This document shows positions 1 through 11,860 of a stretch of 64,000 nucleotides of DNA, one piece after another. Both the position numbers and the translations under genes were made by a program. Source of the DNA: Octopus bimaculoides (Eukaryota); the NCBI RefSeq assembly GCF_001194135.2, contig NC_068982.1, forward strand, positions 40,164,749-40,228,748, written 5' to 3'. The notes under the pieces are model-generated. The model was given only the letters and a program-made list of their open reading frames with translations. It was not told where the DNA came from and made no database searches. The stretch's first letter is position 1. Each line of letters opens with the position of its first letter.

Positions 1-43
1 GACCGGCGACCGGTTCAACATGATGATAAGTGTGTGTGTGTAT

Positions 44-245
44 ATAAATTTTATAATTAATATCTAATTATAATTGAGGGTACACGAAGTACCAGCTTGC
101 TAAAAATAAGAGTCAAGAATCCTCTAATAAAACTATTTCACCGAAAACATACCAGACCGACAGAAATCAAGGAACGAGCAAAGAAATTAACTTACCATCT
201 CGGCTGATAGTCACAGACTAAGGCAATAGATACACCTGTACCATA
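44..245. repeat. ~200-bp diverged direct repeat, copy 1
   Basis: Colinear blocks cttgctaaaaat..aagaatcct, cagaccgacagaaatc, catctcggctgata, ctaaggcaatagata.acctgta recur at 759-963. Confidence 0.85.
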
Positions 246-461
246 TGATTTCGAATGTTGATATTTCTTAATTCTCATCAGCAGGTCTCACTAAATACTT
301 AGGGTTAAAAATCTTACTCACCTCATCGTGTCTGTTAAACGCTGAACAGGCTCACGCCAAATTCAAAACGATATCAGTGTAGGATCTTCCATAAATGAAT
401 AAATATTCAAATAAATATTTATATAGATAATATTATCATTATTAGCAGTGAAATAACTAGA

Positions 462-462
<1 letters not shown>

Positions 463-517
<55 letters not shown>

Positions 518-613
518 ACCTGTTGTCACTTGAGATCTCTGGGTGGGACTTGGACTCAACTTGTACAAATACAAAGCAAAAAGTCAAACATATAATAATA
601 GTAATAATAATAA

Positions 614-644
<31 letters not shown>

Positions 645-665
645 AAGAAGAAGAAGAAGAAGAAG

Positions 666-698
<33 letters not shown>

Positions 699-717
699 AA
701 TAATAATAATAATAATA
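463..717. repeat. Compound trinucleotide microsatellite (TAG)n ... (TAA)n(GAA)n(CAA)n(TAA)n interrupted by an ~80-bp unique segment
   Basis: Directly visible; unique segment at 518-597. Confidence 0.95.
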
Positions 718-758
718 TAAGTGGTCAAAAAGCAATTATACCGAAAAAGATCAAATCC

Positions 759-963
759 ATAAATTTTATAATTACTTTATATATATAACTGAGAGTACAC
801 AAAGTAACAACTTGCTAAAAATATAAGAGACAAGAATCCTGTAATAAGCCACCATTTCACTGTTAACATAACAGACCGACAGAAATCGAGCGACGAGCAA
901 AAAAATAACTTAGCATCTCGGCTGATATCCACAAACTAAGGCAATAGATATACCTGTATCATA
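759..963. repeat. ~200-bp diverged direct repeat, copy 2
   Basis: Aligns by eye to 44-245. Confidence 0.85.
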
Positions 964-2244
964 GATATACCTATATAAATACTTATTTGAACATTTATTC
1001 ATATATATATATATATATAATGCACACTATATGGATTTATTTAATCCGGTGGTAATCACGAAAAAACCCCTTTAGTGGACCAGGCTACAAACTACATAGT
1101 AAATCAATACAGAGGAGTGTAATGTATTCCTATGAAATATTCTGCTAAAATACTTAAGATCTATAAGGAAGAGAAAATGAGAATGTGCAATAACATCAGG
1201 AATCCTGTTTAAAAATTAACTCATGAAGAATTCATCTCTCCTAATAATTGTGTCTGTAATCTACGTTTATGCACCACGACGGATCTTCTATGTGATCTTT
1301 CGGCATGCTGGAAATGACTCACAGATCTCCATGAAATCACACTCATCCTCTTTTATAAATAAATTAGAAGATCCCACACGTTAAAATGTGGTCCAGTAAG
1401 GTAAAATCAATAGTGATAGTCATGGCTGGTAAAAGGAGAGAAACTTCTGGGCAAGAATTGACGCAAAGGTGATCATTATGTATAGCCAATGATTTACATA
1501 TAAGGACAATTCAAATTGTACCTGTGTGCACCTATGTGTGTGTGAGTGAATGAGTATGTGCGTCTGCGTGTGTGTTTAATATATAAGATTTTATGTATGA
1601 GTTCTGTGGTTAAGATTAGTAATTAAAAAAAAGTAATTATTCCCCTGATTTTTTTCTATTTGTTACTACGATTCATGCATTTATTGAAAAAGGTTTTCCC
1701 AACATTCATTTATATATCTATATTCAGATTAAAACTTAGAAATTAAATATAAAGAGTTTAATAACTTCTTTGCAGTAAAATTATTCATCTTTCTCAACAC
1801 TTCAAATATGAAGGAGATGATTTCTTTTCAATTAATCATGATTTTATTCGTTCAGAGGTAAACATGAGACTTTAAACATAAATCTAATATCCAGTTGCTA
1901 CCGGATGTTGCGTAATACATGTGACAACTTTCTTTAAATGGCTCATGTAAATATTATGTAGTAAACAATACACGACAATGAAGCTCAGTAAATTCTGGAC
2001 ACAGGTTTCTTTTCTTTTTTTTTCCATTTTTTTTTTTTTGCTCTAGTTTCACAGCTGCAGTCGAACTGGAAGTTTAATTAAAATTGATATTAATGAAATG
2101 TCTTACGTAGTTTTGCACACGTGAACACTGTTATAAACTTGTAAGTTCATTGTCTTTTTTATGTGATTAATTTATGTGAATTTATTAACATTTGGTAAAT
2201 AGTTTTTGCAGAAAACGTTAACTAACATGTACTGTCTCATAAGG

Positions 2245-2495
2245 ATATTGGTTTCAAATTTTAGCACAGAGTGAGTAAGTGCCGAGAAAAGGGCGAGTTG
2301 ATAACATCGACCCTAGTACTCAACTGGTACCTATTTTGCCGATGCCGATGGAATATGAATTCAGAACGTAAGGATGGACGAAATGCTCCTATATATTTTG
2401 ACAGGCGTGCTAACGATTCTTTTCTACTCTAGGCACAAGGCCCAACATTTTGGAGGAGTGGGGCTAGTCGATTAGATCGATCCCCAGTACGCAAC
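2245..2495 (-). mobile_element. tRNA-derived SINE family B (degenerate copy plus adjacent 3' fragment)
   Basis: Shares gctaacgattct head, aactggtac core and ggcacaaggcc tail with copies at 7886-8099, 27848-28065 and 42195-42410. Confidence 0.7.
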
Positions 2496-2546
2496 TACAG
2501 TGTACCCCATTAGTCAGATAAAGAGTTCGGTTCGAAATTCCACCAG

Positions 2547-2592
2547 AACACCTGATGAAAGCTGGAGAGTACATCAGCCGAAACGTTGTGAT
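2547..2592 (+). ncRNA. Minimal type I hammerhead ribozyme-like motif
   Basis: AACAC-CTGATGA-AA-GCTG(gagagtacat)CAGC-C-GAAA-CGT-T-GTGAT. Intact CUGAUGA (2552-2558) and GAAA (2580-2583), 4-bp stem II, palindromic ACGU stem III, GUU triplet, stem I AACAC/GTGAT pairing at 4 of 5 positions. Confidence 0.6.
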
Positions 2593-2698
2593 AACAACAA
2601 ATAAGATGAGGACACCTATCCGTCCATTGTAAATAATGTACATACTTCCTCAGCTAAAAAATATAGAATAGTATTAGATATAGACATGTATTTATATA

Positions 2699-2730
<32 letters not shown>

Positions 2731-2735
2731 AATGG

Positions 2736-2770
<35 letters not shown>

Positions 2771-2773
<3 letters not shown>

Positions 2774-2945
2774 GAGAATATACAAATAATAACGACAGAC
2801 GAGGACAGGTGGTGTAAATAACAAAAGTATATATTAGTATGACGCTCGGGTATACGGAAAGTCTTTGACGTTTCGAGCTACGCTCTTCAACAGAATGAAT
2901 ACGGAGACAAGGAGAAAAACACGGAGAAAAAAAATTGAATAGTGT
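2771..2945 (-). mobile_element. Short Penelope-terminus-like repeat (family E) with degenerate hammerhead motif
   Basis: Homologous to 17645-17810 (acaggtggtgta, acgctcggg, acgtttcgagc.tac.ctcttc); abuts a (TA)n tract. Confidence 0.6.
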
Positions 2946-3284
2946 TCAGTCAACGGTCAGTATGTATATGTATATGTATATATATTTATATGTGTGTATG
3001 TATGTATGTATATATGTGTGTGTATGCATTATGATGTGCATGTACGTATGTATGCATCTCTGTATGGATTGATGTAGGAATGGATGTAATAGATAGATAA
3101 ATATGCATGTATCCAAGCATAGATATTTATATACATATACTTATACTCACACACACTTACAGACATGCATATATATATATATATATACACAAAGATATAC
3201 ATACTCACATATAAACTACCACAGATAGATTTTTATTGTTAGAAGCATGAAATCACCATGGTTATATATACATACATATACATG

Positions 3285-3354
<70 letters not shown>

Positions 3355-4350
3355 NNNNNNNNNNNNNNNNNNNNNNNNNNNNNNNNNNNNNNNNNNNNNN
3401 NNNNNNNNNNNNNNNNNNNNNNNNNNNNNNNNNNNNNNNNNNNNNNNNNNNNNNNNNNNNNNNNNNNNNNNNNNNNNNNNNNNNNNNNNNNNNNNNNNNN
3501 NNNNNNNNNNNNNNNNNNNNNNNNNNNNNNNNNNNNNNNNNNNNNNNNNNNNNNNNNNNNNNNNNNNNNNNNNNNNNNNNNNNNNNNNNNNNNNNNNNNN
3601 NNNNNNNNNNNNNNNNNNNNNNNNNNNNNNNNNNNNNNNNNNNNNNNNNNNNNNNNNNNNNNNNNNNNNNNNNNNNNNNNNNNNNNNNNNNNNNNNNNNN
3701 NNNNNNNNNNNNNNNNNNNNNNNNNNNNNNNNNNNNNNNNNNNNNNNNNNNNNNNNNNNNNNNNNNNNNNNNNNNNNNNNNNNNNNNNNNNNNNNNNNNN
3801 NNNNNNNNNNNNNNNNNNNNNNNNNNNNNNNNNNNNNNNNNNNNNNNNNNNNNNNNNNNNNNNNNNNNNNNNNNNNNNNNNNNNNNNNNNNNNNNNNNNN
3901 NNNNNNNNNNNNNNNNNNNNNNNNNNNNNNNNNNNNNNNNNNNNNNNNNNNNNNNNNNNNNNNNNNNNNNNNNNNNNNNNNNNNNNNNNNNNNNNNNNNN
4001 NNNNNNNNNNNNNNNNNNNNNNNNNNNNNNNNNNNNNNNNNNNNNNNNNNNNNNNNNNNNNNNNNNNNNNNNNNNNNNNNNNNNNNNNNNNNNNNNNNNN
4101 NNNNNNNNNNNNNNNNNNNNNNNNNNNNNNNNNNNNNNNNNNNNNNNNNNNNNNNNNNNNNNNNNNNNNNNNNNNNNNNNNNNNNNNNNNNNNNNNNNNN
4201 NNNNNNNNNNNNNNNNNNNNNNNNNNNNNNNNNNNNNNNNNNNNNNNNNNNNNNNNNNNNNNNNNNNNNNNNNNNNNNNNNNNNNNNNNNNNNNNNNNNN
4301 NNNNNNNNNNNNNNNNNNNNNNNNNNNNNNNNNNNNNNNNNNNNNNNNNT
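3355..4350. other. Assembly gap (N-run) flanked by (TA)n
   Basis: N-run. Other large gaps at about 14525-15143, 42486-43278, 51849-52282, 53879-54813 and 59561-60299. Most abut microsatellites or repeats. Confidence 0.99.
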
Positions 4351-4373
4351 ATATATATATATATATATATACA

Positions 4374-4405
<32 letters not shown>

Positions 4406-4575
4406 CGTGTCTGTGTCTGCCTCTGCCCGCGTTTGTGCAACGTTGTCTTGTTTTCGTTTTTGTTTTGTTTTTGTTTATTGTCGCAGTAATCGGCACATAC
4501 AAAAAAAGAAGAAATGAGTACCGATTGGTGGTGTCCATCAGTCAGACAGAAACAAACACGCATACAGACGCACGC

Positions 4576-4611
<36 letters not shown>

Positions 4612-4903
4612 AGACACACCTATTCATTCATACACATGCACACACAAAGAAAGGGAGATAAAATAAGAGAGAGAGAGAGGGGGGGGAAGGAATCAGTAAC
4701 AAGGAAACAGCTACTGTAGGTAGTTCGCTGCATTATTGTTTGCAAGAAAGCATTGCGTTTCGTTTGTTACTATAGCGTTGTCCATGGCAACCGTGTGTAT
4801 ATTTGTTTAAAAGCTGTGTACCAAAGAAGTAGAAAATATATGCGAAATACTCGGATACACAGAATAGATTTCTTCTCTGATATACCATTGCTTTCTTCAA
4901 TTG

Positions 4904-4990
<87 letters not shown>

Positions 4991-6621
4991 TTGTAGTCTT
5001 ATTTTTATCAGGTGCTTTCACTGCACTACCGAGCGCAGGTCTGTGTAACTAGATATGTGCTGTGGTTTGTTGTGATGCTCTTATTTTTACTGTATTGGAA
5101 GTGTTTTACGTAAGATGTGTGCAGTACCTAGTAGTAGTTTTATTTTCTGTATGCTATATATACTTGTTAGTCCTGGTGTTTTTGTTATGTATTTGTCTGA
5201 ATATTTTTTTATCATACCTAATGCACCTACTATGATTGGAATTGTTTCTGTTTTTAGACTCCACATTCGATTTACCCCTATTTTCAGATCTTTATATTTT
5301 GAAAGTTTCCCCGTTTCTTCTAGAGAAAGATTGTCCATTGTTGTTGGGATTGATACATCGAATAGAAAGCATTTTTCTCGGTGATCTCTGACAACTATAT
5401 CCGGTCTATTGGCCTTAATTTCTCTATCTGTGTGTATTGGCACATTCCAGAGTATGGTTGCTTTCTTATTTTCTGTGACCTTTTCTAGAGTGTGCCTATA
5501 CCATCTTTTTCTGTTGTTATTTCATAGTGTTAGCATAGCTTCTAGTGAATATAGGTCCCAATTCTTTCATGTTTGTGAATATATTCCTCCTTAGCCAGGA
5601 CTGGGCAGACAGAGACCATATGATTTATTGTTTCTTCTCCATCACCACATATTCTTCAGTTACTTGTATTTCTTTACATTACATGTCTTTGGTAATTTCT
5701 GGTGGGAAGGCTTGTCCTGCTATTAAAAATCCTTCAGTCTCTGCTTTGAGTCCTGAGCTTCTCAGCCATTGTTGGGATTTTGCTTTGTTTATTTCTTTTC
5801 TGTTTAGTCTAACCCAGCATTTGCCACGAAGGGACTTTTCTTACCATCATTTTATCATGATCCGTTGCTGCTCCAGTTTTAGTTTGGATTTCAGTTGTTT
5901 TACCGCTTTTGCTGTTTCTTCTTTTCCTTCATAGTTGTTAGGTACTATGACTTATTGGGGATTTGTCAGCTTTCTTAAAGCATGTAAACAGCTTTTGTTT
6001 TCTTCGTGTTTTGTGGCTATTTGTATTAGTTTTCCTTGATCCTGAAGTAGGTATTTCTGTAGTCTTATAGTGGTTATTTTGCAATAGTTTTCTAACTGTA
6101 TAAGGCCTCAACCACCTTCGACTTGTTGTATATATAACCTTTCTACGTCAGATTTTGGGTGGTGCATCCTAAATCCTGACATTATTTTTCCTATTTTCCT
6201 GTCTATTTTGATTAGCTCATTTAGAGTCCGTTTAAGAATATTGTAGCTGTAACTTTTAACTGGGACGATTAGAGTATTGATACCTATTAACTTGTTTTTC
6301 GTATTGAGCTCTGTTTTCAGTATTAACCTAATTCGTCTATAGTATACTTTTCTTATCTTCTCTTTCATTCGTGTGTGTTGTATCGCATTTAGTTCATTGA
6401 TTCCTAAGTATTTGTATGTCTGGCTTTGATCTAATTATCTTCATTTGCTTTATTTAGTGTGATGTTGCTACTCTTATCTAGTTTTCCTCTTTCCAAGGTT
6501 GTTTTGGCACATTTTTGTAAGCCAAATTTCATGTTTATTTCTTTGGTAAATCCATGTGATGTCCGTAGTAATGTTTACAGCAGTTTATTATTGTGTCGTA
6601 CAGTTTTAGATCATCCATATA
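4991..6621 (-). mobile_element. R4/Dong-like non-LTR retrotransposon, 5'-truncated and pseudogenised (RT C-terminal half, CCHC knuckle, restriction-like endonuclease)
   Basis: Minus strand: YMDDLKLY RT motif (YMDDLKL at 6601-6621); RRIRLILKTELNTKNK..HHPKSDVERLY (6108-6368); *RICGDGEETINHMVSVCP zinc knuckle (~5590-5660, first Cys now TGA); ANRPDIVV..LFDVSIP..GKLSKYKDL endonuclease (5087-5443, stop at 5087-5089). ~95-bp 3'UTR, then (TAA)n. Confidence 0.92.
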
Positions 6622-6650
6622 TTATTATTATTAATATTATCATTATTATT

Positions 6651-6730
<80 letters not shown>

Positions 6731-6770
6731 TATCATTATTATTTTTATTATTATTATTATTATTATTATT

Positions 6771-7192
6771 GAGTGAGAGAGCAGTACATGCCTCAAGATA
6801 AACAGCACATGACCTCGCAGGTGGGGCCCAGTTAGAATTTTCTTCAGGTCGAGTAGCCCAACCCGCTCAAAAGGTCCCTGAATAAGGTTTGTTTAAGGAT
6901 GTTGAGCAAAACACCCATGTTTCCAAAGGTGAATTATTCAAACTCCAAGGAATTCCTCTCAACTCATTGCTATGATGCTCCCTTAGTACTTCTGCTCATG
7001 ATCAGAGATGCACATATCGTCATCCACCAAGGGATATGCTCAACTAATTAAGGTTAAACAACTGACAAGCAAATCTGTGGTATTAAGCAGAATATTTGCT
7101 GTAGCCCATCTTTTATACCAAGATAAAACAATGTACATGATAACACTTCCAATCAGTTAAGATCAGAAACCATGAGAGCCAATGCCTGGTAC
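6771..7192. repeat. ~420-bp non-coding segment bounded by (TAT)n tracts, probable interspersed retroposon fragment
   Basis: Sharp junctions with (TAT)n on both sides, higher GC than surroundings, no convincing ORF. Confidence 0.5.
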
Positions 7193-7266
<74 letters not shown>

Positions 7267-7290
7267 GTTGTTGTTGTTGTTGTTGTTGTT

Positions 7291-7358
<68 letters not shown>

Positions 7359-7368
7359 CATTATTATT

Positions 7369-7585
7369 AAGGCGGCTAACTAGCAGAGTCGGTACCAAAG
7401 CTGGACGAAATGCTTAGCGGTATTTCACCCGTCGCTATGTTCTGTGTTCAAATTCCACCAAGGTCGATTTTGACTTTCTTCCTCAGGGGAACGATAAAAC
7501 AAGTACCAGTTGAGAACTGGGGTCGATTAAATTGACTTATCTCCTCCTCGAAATCTGCTGGTCTGCTGCCAAAATTTGAAACCCT
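7369..7585 (+). mobile_element. tRNA-derived SINE family B
   Basis: aaggcgg head, gttcaaattcc B-box-like motif, aagtaccagttgagaactggggtcgat core, ccaaaatttgaaacc tail. Confidence 0.85.
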
Positions 7586-7885
7586 GATTACTATTATTAA
7601 AACAGTAAGCTGGCAAAAATCGACTGGCCCCGATCCCCCAAAGTTTCAGGCCTTGTGCCTATAGTAGAAAAGATTATAATTAGGTGTAAATTTGTGTCTT
7701 TTAGACAATTCACTGATTTGTTGTGCTGTCAGTGTTTTCTTTGAGAAATTTATAATTGCTATTATGTTTGGTTTCTCCTGTTAATATAGTACCACCGTGT
7801 TTCTCTTTTGCAATGGAAAGTGTCTAAAAGCGGTTATTAAGCAGTTATTAAGGCAAATTTTATTTTTGTTATTAGTATATCTTCT

Positions 7886-8099
7886 ATTCTTTTCTATTCT
7901 AGGGACAAGGCCCGAAATTTTGGGGGTGGGGGGGCAGTCGATTAGATCGACTCCAGTACACAACTGGTATTTAATTTATAACGAAAAGATGAACGGCAAA
8001 GTCGACCTCGGCGGAATTTGAACTCATAACATAAAGACAGATGAAATACCGTTAAGCATTTCGCCCGGCGTGCTAACGTCTCTACCAGCACACCGCCTT
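7886..8099 (-). mobile_element. tRNA-derived SINE family B
   Basis: Reverse complement has aaggcggtg head, gagttcaaattccgccgaggtcgactttgcc and gccttgtccctag tail. Confidence 0.88.
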
Positions 8100-9361
8100 C
8101 AGTATATTTTCTATTGTTATAGTTTACAGTGTGGGTTTACTGTATACGATTGTTGAATGAGTTATTAAATTTTATGCTTCGTTGGCGTGTTTTGGAGAGA
8201 TCTCGTTAATTGTTTCTCGTTTCGTTGATTGCTTCTCATTGTGGGAGGAAAGTCGTATTGTCGATCTTGAAGTAGTTGTATTTTATTTCATTTCTCTTTT
8301 AGTGAAGTACCCATGCCTCTGGTCTGAAGATAATTAATAAATTTTTCTCTGTTGTACAACTGCGTCTGTATGTGGGTTCGATTTTGTTTTCTTCAGGAAC
8401 GGGTGGTCAGAAATGTGATCCTTTTTGAAGTCGGTTTCGTAATTTACAAAACAGTCGGCGTTTTTTCCCAACGTTGAAGAGAATTCCATTTTTCGTTTAC
8501 GCATTCGTCTTTCCATTGTTTTGAGATATTTTTAAGGTTCAGACTCTCTGCTATTTTACCGAATTGTATGTGAATTACTTGATCAATTGGTAGGAAATTT
8601 TCCTACTTAGATTGATCTCTTAATTTTTCCTCTCCGATATCCATCCTCCGTGTTTTTGATGCCATCTTTCCCCTTAGGTGTCTTTGCGCTTCTGATTGTT
8701 CTGCGATGGGCTTTACCTGGAGATTGCAAGGTAGGATTATTAGTTCTGTGTTTAGCAATTTTTCGTTTATATCGACTTTGTTATTGATTTGAATCATTTT
8801 TCAAACGGCAAATTTTCTTTGGTAAGAGATTTTATCTACCTGGGTACCATGTTTATTCATTCACTATGTTGTTCTGCGGGATTCAAAATATGTACCTCGT
8901 GGTATTATTGATCTTGCTTAAATTTGTCTCAATAAATTATTCCTATAGTTTTGTATAATTTTCTTATGCTTTGGTATTTTGTTTCGCACTACCATTTCTA
9001 CATTGTTTTATCGGGTAGAACCATGTATTTCGATCGAACCTCTTGATTATCGGTATGAATAAATAAAAAGAATTTTTAGTTCTTTGCGGAATTCTTCATT
9101 TGTAATTAAAATCGATGTATCCGTTTCTGTTGGCATTTTCAATTCCACGTATGATATGTGACATTAAAAAGGTTAAGAGGATACATACAAGTAAATTTTT
9201 ATTAAAATCCAAAAGAAAATGTTTTGTAAAGTTTATCATGAATAAAAAACAAAAAGGAAGTATACACATCTTTATCGAAGTATGCTCCCAGTTTCAATTG
9301 TATTTAAGCAATTTAGGCTCTAAGAGAAGAAAGAATATACTGAAATAAATTATATACACAC

Positions 9362-9394
<33 letters not shown>

Positions 9395-9510
9395 NNNNNN
9401 NNNNNNNNNNNNNNNNNNNNNNNNNNNNNNNNNNNNNNNNNNNNTTTTTATGTTGTTATAAGGAAAACAATTTTATATTAATCTGAAGGGTTACTCTATA
9501 CTTTTGTAGA

Positions 9511-9556
9511 TTACATCCGATGATGGCTTAGCTGGCCGAAACTTCGAAGTCACTCC
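9511..9556 (+). ncRNA. Degenerate hammerhead-like motif
   Basis: CCGATGA-T-GGCT(tagct)GGCC-GAAA-CTTCGAAG-TC. Palindromic stem III (ACTTCGAAGT) and GUC triplet, but U4 is C and stem I pairs poorly. Confidence 0.35.
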
Positions 9557-10559
9557 TAAACAACGCTCTTGTATAAGAACTTATATACATAAAGAGAGAG
9601 GGGGATGCATACATACGTACAGACCCACATACATATTTGTACGAGTAGAAATAAATATTGTTGCTATTATGTTAAACTGTCGTATGTCCAAATTTGGAGA
9701 AATGCGGTTTTATTTATTTATTTATTTATTTTCAATATTTATTTTTGTTTGTAATAGCCGGTTCTTTTAGTCAAACTATCATATCTTCAGTTGCTTCAGA
9801 TATAAAAATATTGTCAAAGTGTAGTACAAGGGTTTTGCTATAGAATGATGAAACTATTTCTTCGTTTTCTGAAAACGCAACGTTTGGACTTACGACACTT
9901 TTGCATATTAGCAACGATACGTATATTGAGTAGGTAGGTAGATAGACAGAATATCAAGTGTGCCCTCGCAGTATTTAATTATAGCTGTCTAAGCGTTGTG
10001 AGTTCAAATCCTGTACTAGGATCGGTTTAGTCAGTTATACCTTTTCTCCAAATTTCGGTTTGGTGGGAATGGTACAACAAAGTATATTATCACAAAATAT
10101 TTTGCAATATGCAATATATTTCAGTCCTCTAGATTCTGGGTTCAAATTCTACCAGTGTCAGATTTGTTATTCATAAGTGTAGAGCCCCCAACAGATTAAA
10201 TACAAGTCTTATGATTGTTCAGGGATGCACTCAGGGTTACTTCTAATTTTCTGAGTTTGGGGTCTGTTGTGTAAATTTGTGTTCTATTTTATTGTTGCAT
10301 GTATTATATATTATTTATTTTCATAATGAGTGGGGGGGGGGTCTCACGTAGAACGAAGAGTGTGGCGCAGCTTATATTAGTAGTTATATGTAGTTGTTGA
10401 GATATTTCTACTGTCTCATGTTACGAACCTAGTTATGGCATTTATGCTTCGTTCAACGCATTCTGTTCTTCCTTTTTTTTTTTTTTTTTTCATCATTTCA
10501 AAAGCACTAATTACTGTACTGCTAACGTTTCAGATAGAAAATATGTTTCGTTTCAATTA

Positions 10560-11400
10560 AACTATCATTGTATTTCCATGGCTTCTGACTACTTCCAGGC
10601 AATATTCTAGTTCGAAAATTTCAACATGCTTATTATTGTGTTTATATCATGCTTTCTTTCCCATTATGTTATCTAGGTGCGTCGCTCGTATTAATCTTCG
10701 TGTCATTCTGGACAAGTATGTTCTTGAGTATTGTAGATCTATTATTAGTAGGAATTTCGTGCGCATTTATAGTTTTATTTTCTCTTTTATGAAGACATTT
10801 TGACTTGTAAATGAATGAGTAAGGCTATCTTCTTGGTGATATTTCTTTGCATACTGTATTTCTTCTTCGTGAGATGATTTATTGTCTCTTTATACCCATC
10901 GCTGAGTCTGCAATTGATATTAACGTCTTGTTTAATGACAGTTTTGCTAACCTGTATGTCTAGTCATTGATCTTGGTAGTTAAAAATTCAACCTGTCGTT
11001 TGTAGCTTTATTATAAAATTGTTAGGCAATTATATTGATTTTCACATCTGTAACTCTCTGGTCTTGCAGGTTACTGAGAGTGAAGAGATTTCTCTCAGTT
11101 TCTTTAATATGCTTTGTTGATCAATTTTCATTCAGCCATTTTTTCTGTTTGGGTTTGTTATTAACTTCATGTTTAACTAAAGATAAACATTGCTTACTTT
11201 TCTGTGCTGCTATTTTGTAACGATACTAATCAGTCTACCATTTTACTTGCCAGTAATTTTGTAGATCCAGTTGTGGTCACGTTATAATAGTCACAATGTC
11301 CATTCCTGCTTATGTGCTTGGTAGGTATATTCTGTCTATATGAGCTATGGTTGACACGGCTACGAATACAGTGGATAGTTCTTTTGTTCCTTTTTGGGTT
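10560..11400 (-). pseudogene. Highly decayed R4/Dong-like retrotransposon remnant
   Basis: Minus-strand traces CRLSDGYKETINHL (knuckle-like, ~10865-10910) and VQNDTKIN (IQTD-like, ~10700); many stops. Confidence 0.35.
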
Positions 11401-11730
11401 TTCCTAACATTTTAATCTGGAGTCGATGACTATTATAGCAAATATATTTGTAGCATTCCTAAGTTTTTTGTAAATTGTTTTGGATCTAATGTTAGTACGT
11501 TTTTTTTAATTTTCATTCACATTTTTACCGGTTTAACTAACCTCTACATACTTTTGTATATGCATATCATTAACTTTAGATAGAGATATACTGTGAGTTA
11601 TAATTAATATGGTAATTCACTGAATTTATTTGGCACGTGTCAGATCCCATATTTCCTTGAATAACTGAAACTATATGCAGATTTAATAGACACCCTAGCT
11701 AGTTTTTTTTTTTCTTGCATATAGTTTATA

Positions 11731-11860
11731 TCCTCTCTATAATAGAGATGTATATATTTCGTCCCTCTCTATAGAAGAGATGTATATATTTTGTCCCTCT
11801 CTATAGAAGATATATATATTTCAGCCCTGTTTATAGTAGTGATATATATATATTTCGTCC
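11731..11860. repeat. ~32-bp minisatellite, 4 diverged units
   Basis: Unit approximately tccctctctatagaagagatgtatatatttcg. Confidence 0.85.

Noticed and set aside
363-788. Low-complexity ORFs (poly-L/K/R/N), and similar ones at 6459-7417, 15182-15554, 22755-22940, 36006-36432 and 63783-63998
   Set aside because: Translations of trinucleotide microsatellites; no coding signal.
3216-4719. Long ORFs made of X residues (also around 14.5, 42.4, 51.8, 53.7 and 59.5 kb)
   Set aside because: They read through N-gaps and dinucleotide repeats.
8334-8797. Two minus-strand ORFs possibly from a LINE N-terminus
   Set aside because: No diagnostic motif could be matched by eye; needs a profile search.
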